64,000 nucleotides of DNA from Octopus sinensis (Eukaryota). The position numbers and the translations under genes are program-made. Positions 50,896-60,759 of the stretch are shown here, piece after piece. Numbering within the stretch: position 1 is the stretch's first letter; every line of letters begins with the position of its first letter. The notes beneath the pieces are model-generated. The model was given only the letters and a program-made list of their open reading frames with translations, was not told the origin of the DNA and did no database searches. The stretch is from contig NC_043004.1 of the NCBI RefSeq assembly GCF_006345805.1, positions 70,680,001 to 70,744,000 on the forward strand. The letters are read 5' to 3'.

Positions 50896-53800
50896 AACAC
50901 ATATTCATTTGCAGTTAGCTCTATGGATGAACTATAGCCTTTTCAGCAAGTCTGGAGAGACGATAATCCCACATCATCAGAGCCTGTTAACTCTTGGATA
51001 TAGCAGACCACAGGAAGATATGCCTGGTCAGCACATTTTGTCTGGTGCCTTAATACTTCAGCCAATTGTCTGATAATGATAGTTGCCAATGATGCCACCT
51101 CAGCAACCATCAACATCATATTCACTTCCAAAATAATTCATCCTGAAATTTTAGAGCAGGGTTACTTGATTGCCTCAATTCCAGTATTTAGCTGGTACTT
51201 ATGTTATCGACTCCCAAAAAGATAAAAGACAAAGCCAACCTCAATGGAATTTGAACTCAGCATGTAAAGCCAGAAACAATGCTGCTAAGCATTCAGTCCA
51301 GCATGTTAATGATTCTGCCAGCTTGCATCCTTATTCCACTTCAAAAAAATGATTTCAAATTCTGGGACAAGACCAATAGTTTCAAAGGAAAGTTAAGTCA
51401 ATTGCACCAACCCCAGTATTCAACTGGTATTTATTTCATCAGGCCCAAAAAGATAAAAAGATGAAGTTGAATTTGACCTCAGAACATCAGAATTTGAACT
51501 CAGAACATCAATATGGACAAAATGCTAAGCAGCATTTTGTCCAGCATTGCTAATGGTTCTGCCATCTGGCAGCATTATTCCACTTCCAACATAACACTAT
51601 CACCACACATCCCTTTCATACCTCACACCTTTGTCCTCACTCCTATTTCCTTTCACCAACAATCCAAGGTCTGTGTACCTGTACAAGCTGCCACACCAAG
51701 GGCATTCCAGTGTTGGAAATTCTGAGGATCAAGAGTCACAGCTTGCTTTAAGATCTCAATAGCTTTCTGGGCCTTTCTCTCAACTTCCATGGATTTGTGC
51801 TGACCCTTCCTCAAATACATGGCTTCAATTTCCTTTGTCTGGTACATGAAGCTGACGCCAAGGTCATGCCACAACGAAGAACATTCTGGGAAACATTTTA
51901 TTGCTTTGCCATAACATCTGCAAAAAGGAAGAAGGAGATTAATTATTTTTGATATAATGACAATTCTGGTGTGGTTAATTAACAGAAGGTAAATCCCTAT
52001 AATGCAGGCATTGCTGATAGTAAGAAAGACTTTCGGAGAGAGACAGGCCTAGAATATCTATAATGAGCTTCAAAACTAACACTTTGTCAGTTATGACAAT
52101 GTAGGTTTTGGTTGATCCAATTAATGGAACAGCCTGCTCACGAAATTAACGTGCAAGTGGTTGAGCACTCCACAGACACAGGTACCCTTAACGTGGTTCT
52201 CAGACTGACCCAGAACATGACAAAGCCAGCCCTTTGAAATACAGGTACAACTCATTTTTGCCAGCTGAGTAGACAAGTTTCAAAACATCTGGTAGACAAG
52301 TATTATTTCAAAGTCAACTATGCAGAGAGAATTCTTCTCTATGGGAAATGAAACCTGAATTAGGAAGGAACTTCATGTTCACCTTGATGCTACATACACC
52401 AGGTTTCTCATGACGGTGCAAAACATTTCATAGAATGAGCACAAGACCAAAGAGGAGATATGTGGACACATTCTATCCATTTCTACTATTGTTGCTCAAT
52501 GTAGGGTAGGCTTTGCTGACTAATATTATCACATTAAAACACCAGGCTATATCAGATGATGTATTTTGAAGACTTTCACACCCTCTATTAGGGCTAACAG
52601 TTTTTAAGGGGAGACAGTATAGTGGACTACATCGACCCCAGTATCAGAATGGTATTTTATTCTATCAATCTCAGAGAGAGATAAAAGGTAAAGATGACGT
52701 TGATGGATATGAATTTAGAATGTAAACATCCAAAACAAATACAGCAAGGTACTTTTTCAAGCACTCCCGCCAGCTTACTTCCATATGACTCAGATGATAA
52801 TTGTTTCTAATTTACGCACAAAGCCAGCTATTTCTGAAGGGAGGAGGTTAAACAATCACATTGATGTTAGCACTTGACAGGTACTTTATTCTATCAGCTC
52901 TAGAGAGATTAAACCTTTAGCATTTAAACCAGCCATATCCAGTCCAGATAGTCTACTTGATTTATGCTGAAACTTGCCAAATCCAGCCTATTACACCTAC
53001 CCTTCAATGTCATTCTAAAAATATACAACACGTGATCGTTATCTGTGTCGCCTTACTGGCACTTGTGCTGGTGGCACATGGAAAAACATTTGAGCGAGAT
53101 CATTGCCAGTGCCGCTGGACTCGCTCCTGTGCAGGTGGCACGTAAAAAGCACCATTTGAGCCTGGCCATTTGAGCCTTCGTGCCAGTGGCACGTAAAAGC
53201 ACCCACCACACTCTTGGAGTGGTTGGCATTAGGAAGGGCATCCAGCTGTAGAAACTCTGCTAGATCAGATTGGAGTCTGATGCAGCTATCTGGTTCGCCA
53301 GACCTCAGTCAAATCGTCCAACCCATGTCAGCATGGAAAGCGGATGTTAAATGATGATGATGATGATGATGATGACTTCATCAAAATTGCAAAGCTACGA
53401 GATAATGCACAATTAATTCAATAAATAATTATATTTGACAAAGTAAGCTCAATGCAAAATTGTTACAGGTAAAATTGACCTTGGTGGAATTTGAACTCAG
53501 AATGTAAAGACTTGGAAGAACTTTTGCAAAGCATTTCTTCTTGATGCCCTAGTGACTCTTGCCAGTTCAAAAACTGAAGGTAATAATTCAAAAGAATTAT
53601 GATTTTGCAAAAAAATACTAAAAATAAACTGCATTGAAATTGTTTAAATACACAAATTCTTATTAAAGTTTCATTTGATTAAATTTGAATTCCAAGAACA
53701 TATTCCTTCTCATGTCTACTTACTTTCAGTTTTAGGTTAACGATTACTCTTTTACTCTTACTTGTTTCAGTCCTGTGACTGTGGCCATGCTGGAGCACCA

Positions 53801-56800
53801 CCTTTAGTCGAGCAAATCAACCGCAGGACTTATTCTTTGTAAGCCTAGTACTTATTCTATCAGTCTCTTTTGCTGAACCACTAAGTTATGGGGACATAAA
53901 CACAACAGCATCAGTTATCAAGCGATGTTGGGGGGATAAGCACAGACACACAAACATATACACACACATACATATATATATATATACATATATACGACGA
54001 ACTTCTTTCAGGTTCCATCTACCAAATCCACTCACAAGGCTTTGGTCGGCCCAAGGCTATAGTAGAAGACACTTGCCAAAGGTGCCACGCAGTGGGACTG
54101 AACCCAGAACCATGTGGTTTGTAAGCAAGCTACTTACCACACAGCCAAGAAATTTTATGAAAATATATCTGACATTATCAAAATTTTCAAAACAATTTAA
54201 TTGTCCTTTGTTAAAAGCCATTTCATTTATTGTTATATAGACGAAAACTGACCCGAAACACCTTATACAAATACATATGCCATCAACATCATTTAATGTT
54301 CCTTCTTCCAAGCAGGCATGTGCTGGACAGTTCCACAGGAACCAATGAGCCAGAAGGGTGTATCAAGCCTCAATGTCTGCTTTGGCATGATTTCTACAAC
54401 TGGATGCCCTTCCTAACACCAACTACTTTATAGATTGCATATTTTTCATGGCACCAGCACTAGTGAGGTCACCAGGGAGTAGCAAAACAAACCCCATCAA
54501 GCAAGTGGGATATAGTATTGAAGAATGTGAAAATATGATTGTGAGACAGGAGCAAGTGTCTTGCTGAAGAGATGAATATGTGGCTTTCCTGGATGGAAAG
54601 TAGGAGAGAGAGGGGTGAGAGGGAGAGGAGAGAGGGGGAGGGGAGGAGTGAGAGAGAGAGAGAGAGGAGTGAGAGAGAGAGGAGAGAGAGAGGAGAGAGA
54701 GAAGAGAGAGGGAATGAGAGAGAGAGAGAGGAGAGAGAGAGGAGAGAGGGGTGAGAGAGAGAGAGTGAAAGAGAAAAGAGGGAGTGAGAGAGAGGAGAGG
54801 GAGAATGAGAGAGAGAAGGAGAGAGAGGAGAAAGGGAGTGAGAGAGAAGGAGAGAGGGAGTGAGAAAGAGGAGAGAGGAAAGGAGTGAGAGAGAGGAGAG
54901 GGAGTGAGAGAGAGGAGTGAGGGAGTGAGAGAGAGAAAAGAGGGAGTGAGAGAGAGAAGAGAGGGAGTGAGTGAGAGAAGAGAGAGAATGAGAGAGAGGA
55001 AAGAGGGAATGAGAGAGAAGGAGAGAGGGAGTGAGAAAGAGGAGAGAGGAAAGGAGTGAGAGAGGAAAGGAATGAGAGAGAGGAGAGGGAGTGAGAGAGA
55101 GGAGTGAGAGAGAGAAAAGAGAGAGTGAGAGAGAGTAGAGAGGGAGTGAGAGAGAGAAGAGAGAGAATGAGAGAGAGGAAAGAGGGAATGAGAGAGAGAG
55201 AGAAAGGGAGTGAGAGAGAGGAGAGAGAGAGTGAGAGAGGAAAGGAGTGAGAGAGGTGAGAGAGGAGAGAGGGAGCAAGAGAGAGAAGGAGAGAGGGAGT
55301 GAGAGAGAGAGAGAGAAAGATAAAGGGAGTGAGGGAGAGAGAGAGACTGAGGGGTCCATACCATAGTTTTGAAAGTGAAAATGAGAAAAAGAATAGGGAC
55401 AGAGAAAAATAAATGTATTTGTAAAACTCTTACTTTGATCCCAGTTCCATGATACTAATTTTATGTAAAGATATTTTACTTTCTGGATTAGGTGCATTTG
55501 CTGTTGTCAGTTTACAAGGGACCATCAATTTTCTGAAAAATAAAAAAAACATCAAATTATAAAAATGTAAATAACAATTTCAATTTTCTTTTCTACTCTA
55601 GGCACAAGGCCCAAAATTTAGGGGGAAGGGGGACCGGTCGATTAGATCAACCCCAGCATGCACTTGGTACTCAATTTATCAACCCCAAAAGGATGAAAGG
55701 CAAGGTCGACATTGGAGGACAACAATTTCAATTTTCTTCACTATTCTGGGCACAAGGCCCGAAATTTTGGGGGGGAGGGGGGCAGTCGATTAGATCGACC
55801 CCAGTACACAACTGGTACTCAATTTATTGACCCTGAAAGGATGAAAGGCAAGGTCAACCTTGGCGGACAACAATTTCAATTCTATTCTACTCTAGGCACA
55901 AGGCCTGAAATTTTGAGGGAAAGAGAGAGAAAGAGTATGCTGGGTGATAAGAAAGTGCTGGAGGTCAATAGTGAGTGACAGTAAAAGAAGTACTATGAGA
56001 AGGTAATAGATGAGGGAGTATGGAAGCTCTAATCATAAACAGAATTGAATGGAGCATTGTTGTGTGCTGCACAAATATGAGGTCTGAAGTGGGAAAGGAG
56101 GCATGCAACTAAGCAAATTAGTACCTGTATTAAAAAATAAACTTACTCACCTAAAATTATTTATATCAACAACATTCAATATCGTACAGGCATCACCTAA
56201 CATCTTCCAGATACAAGATAAATCAGGACGTTGACTAGCTGCTCTGTAATAGAAACAAAGATGACAACACTGAGAGAGAGAGCAATACAATATATTGTAG
56301 ATATAACACTATTATGGCATAATGTCCTTCTTAATACACTCAGAGTATGAAGTAAGTCTTAGCTGTACAGTGCTGGCCTCTTTGTATTTTTTTTTCATTA
56401 TAGCTTACTAAGATGAGATGGGCCAATGCCTATAACTTTGGACAGAAATTCTGCGGCTGAGATAACCCTTAATTGTACACTTTATATTGTTTGTTATGGC
56501 TAAGCAGGACAGAGAAATGCAAGGCCTCTGAGTGAAAATAACCCTTAACTGCACTAGCCTCTTTATACAATGGCTTGACTAGAAAAGGAAAGGAAGTATT
56601 CAAAACGTGATGCAGAACCTTTTGCAAAAAGAGTAGTTCCCACTGCTAAAGACACAAGAGACAATCAAGTGTTGTTGTTGGTGATGGTGATGGAGGTGTG
56701 GTGGTTGTGATGGTGGTCTTTAACTATTTTTAATTAGGCAAACATTGATTTTTAAACTGAAGTACCTCAGATTTGGAATTAATGTTTACGGCAGAATATA

Positions 56801-59800
56801 TATATATATGTGTGTGACCGCGTGTGTATCATTGGTGATTTTTTTCCTCCGTCTTCCCTTCCTTGGATCTTTCCTTTTTCTATGTTTCTGACAAAGAGCT
56901 CTGCTCGAAACGTTAAATCCTCCTTCATTCTTTCCTTTCCTGAGCGTCCAATAACACTATACTTGTTCCACATCCTCACAATGTTGTGTTTTCTCTTTGT
57001 GTTTTCATGTTTGAATTAACTATATATATATATATAGTGAGAGAGAGAAAGAAAAGAAGTGTATTCCCTTGCAGGAAAGAATATAAAAGAGTTGATTTTG
57101 TGGGGTTGAAAATGCACCTGAGTTTTAAACATGTTGTAGTTTTAAAATTTAGTAACAAATTTATCAAAATACTAAACCGGTTTCAACAATTGTTTTTCAA
57201 TGGTAAATAAAAAAGTTTAGGAGAGATTGAAGGTACAAGGGAAAATTCAGAAAACCATTCTTAAAAGACCGACGGTTCATACACATTTGGTCTATTCAAT
57301 AAGTTTCAATGAATTTCGTAACAATTATACATGACTGAAAGTTAAATTAGCAATTAGATACAATGAAGTCTTTACAAGAGTAAGGAAAGAAAGGAGAAGA
57401 AAGGAAAACGTATTTTTTACAATTTCTTTCATAGTGTCTGAAGGAGGATTCTTCGTTACTAGTTTTGTAGGTGAGAGCTTGAACTGTTTTAAGCTGAAAT
57501 TGCTTTATATATACAGGTTTTTAAGATAAAGGTTCAAGTTTTGATTGGTTGTAGATTTAATGAAATCACTTATGTGTGTGTGTGTGTGTAGTCATTAGGA
57601 AGGGTATCCAGCTGTAGAAACCAAACCAAATCAGATTGGAACCTAGTGCAGCTCTCACGCTAGCCAGCTCTGGTCAAACTGTCCAACCCATGCCAGCATG
57701 GATAACAGACATTACAAAGGAGGAGGAGGAGGATAATAATGGTAGAGAGAAAGAGAGAGAGAGAGCACAATACATAAAAAAAAAGATAAAAAGCAAAAAA
57801 ATTGTTTACCTGGTTAGATAACATATTGCTTCTTCACAAGCATCAAGTATGCGTTTATCAAGGAATCGACTAATGAAGGATTTCGCCTGCAACAGGAGTG
57901 TTTCACCAACTCCTATAGTGTAAAATTTAATAATAATTTAGTCAAACCAATATGGGAGCAAGAAATAGTAGCCAAATCCCTTCTCAATCACACCTCACTA
58001 TCTAAAAAGAAAAGATAGATATTGGATAATGTCCTAGATACACCTGTCCTGAAAATAATGCACCTGTGAAAGTTACATTTCAAATTTTACCATTGATTTT
58101 TCCCATGTAGTCATATATGTGTCAATTCTGTAAATGGCAGATGTCAAAGAAACTACATTTTTTTCAATGGAAACAAATCATCAAGAGTGCAGGAGTGGCT
58201 GTGTGGTAAGTAGCTTGCTTACCAACCACATGGCTCCTGGTTCAGTCCCACTGCGTGGCACCTTGGGCAAATGTCTTCTACTATAGCCTCGGGCCGGCCA
58301 AAGCCTTGTGAGTGGATTTGGTAGATGGGAACTGAAAAGAAGCCAATCATATATACATATATGTATATATATATGTGTGTGTTTTTGTGTCTGTGTTTAT
58401 CCCCCCAACATCGCTTGACAAATGATGCTGGTGTGTTTATGTGCCTGTAACTTAGCAGTTCGGCAAAAAGAGACCAATAGAATAAGTACTAAGCTTACAA
58501 AAAATAAGTCCTGGAGTCAATTTGCTCAACTAAAAGCTGTGCTCCAGCATGGCCACAGTCAAATGACTGGAACAAGTAAAAGAGTAAAGAGTACATGTAT
58601 ACGGTTGCTTGACCTGCTAGAAATAGCAGTCAAATTAACCACATTCAAATTGCACTTTACCCTCTTCAAAATGGGACAAAAACATCAGATGAAGCATTCT
58701 CAGATTGGAAGAAAATGATTGATGATTGGGTGGAGACGTTTGGACACTGGTGATACACTGATTTGGCATGGCTAACTGGACATTTGACCTCTTTAGGCAA
58801 TAATGTTTTGGCACTGGAGGCAAACATATATACACAGAAATAAACACATATATACGGAGAGAGGCAGAGTGACAGTGATATTACACATCCATGTAAACAT
58901 AACAAAATGGTCAGAGGCATAAAGATTGAAAGAGTGAAGGAGGAGAGAAGGAGAAAAAAATTTTAACGGCCGTTGCCAGTGCCACCCTGACTGGCCTCGT
59001 GCCGGTGGCACGTAAAAAGCACCATCCGTTCGTGGCCGTTGCCAGCCTCGCCTAGCCCCCGTGCCAGTGGCACATAAAAAGCACCATCCGATCATGGCTG
59101 TTTGCCAGACTTGTCTGGCACGTAAAAAGCACCCACTACACTCACGGAGTGGTTGGCGTTAGGAAGGGCATCCAGCTGTAGAAACATTGCCAGATCAAAC
59201 TGGGCCTAGTGCAGCCTTCTGGCTTCCCAGACCCCAGTTGAACCGTCCAACCCATGCTAGCATGGAAAGCAGATGCTAAACGATGATGATGATGATGATG
59301 ATGATGTCAAATAAGTCACTGTTGAATCACAACCAAGAAGGCAGCACCAAAATGGCTGTGCCAAAACATCTCACGCTTCTTAGATGACCCTAAAAAATGG
59401 CAGGATGGTCCTACCTAAAACTCCATCAATCACACCTTAGGGGCTGACTGGAGCTTATGTTTGTTCAATCAGTGTTGACTCAGAAGCCTAAACGACAACG
59501 AAAACTCATCAATATCATGCAATAATCTTGAAGGATTGAGTGTACCGATTGATTCCAAACATAGCATGTTTGGATTAGTGATCCAGAGATTCACACCTAC
59601 TGGTTTGACCAACTACCCTACGTTAAATCTGTCTGCTCTATAAGGGATGAGCTACAGCTAAATATCACAAACACTAAAGAATTTAATCCTTTTTACTACA
59701 GGCAAAATGCCTGAAATTTTGGGTGGGAGGGAGAGAGCTAGCCAACCGCACCAATCCCAGTGCTCAGCTTAGAGGTTTGGATAATTCACCTTTGGAAAAA

Positions 59801-60722
59801 GGGGTGGTTCATTCAACATCCTTAAACAATCCTTATTCAGGGACCTTTTGAGTGGGATGGGCTACTCGACCAGAAGAAAATTCTAACTGGACCCCACCTG
59901 CAAGGTCATGCGCTGTTTATCTTGTTATGAGATCACCATGTCGCGCACATATGGTTGTGATGCATGTGCCTAATGTACCCTTATCAGACAGGTAGTCATG
60001 ATGAGTATACTGGGCTTTGTATATTTTACCCCAGTGTCACTTTGATGGCATGCACTGTTCTCTCACTCAATGATAATAATAATGATAATAATAATAATAA
60101 TAATAATCTTTTCTACAATATGCACAAGGCCTGAAATTGGGGGAGGGGAATAGTTGATTACATTAGCCGCAGGGCTCAACAGGTACTTATTTTACGGACC
60201 CCAAAAAGATAAAAAACAAAGTCAACCTCAGTGGAATTTGAACTTAGAACAAAAAGATGGATGAAAAGTCGCTAAGCATTTTGCCTGACACATTAACGAT
60301 TCTGCCTTAATCCTTTAGCATTCAGATTACTCATCAAATATAATGCTTATTTATTTACACTGTTCAGAGTTAATCCTGCATTATCTTGTAAATTTCAATG
60401 ATGTGCTTATTTTTAGAATGACAATGTAAAGTGGGTATGAAAGGCCAGATCTGGCCAGTTTGAACACAGATCAAGAAGAATATTTGGACCAGACACGGCC
60501 AGTTTAAATGTTAAAGGGTTAATAAAAGATTATAAAGAAAATATTTTCACCTTTCAAAGCTGGAACGTAATCTGGTTCCTTCTCCAAAATCACTTTATAT
60601 TCTGTGACTGCTTCGGAGTACAAACCAAGAATTTGTTTAATAAAAGCAATCCTGAACAACAAAATAAAAATATGAAAGCATTTTGTTAGTTTTGTTTGTT
60701 TTTCATTCAATAAAAGACATGT

Positions 60723-60759
<37 letters not shown>

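Noticed and set aside
54423-55497. Longest ORFs in the track (313 aa and 342 aa, S/L/P-rich)
   Set aside because: They are translations of the (CT)-rich low-complexity tract, which lacks stop codons; not protein-like.
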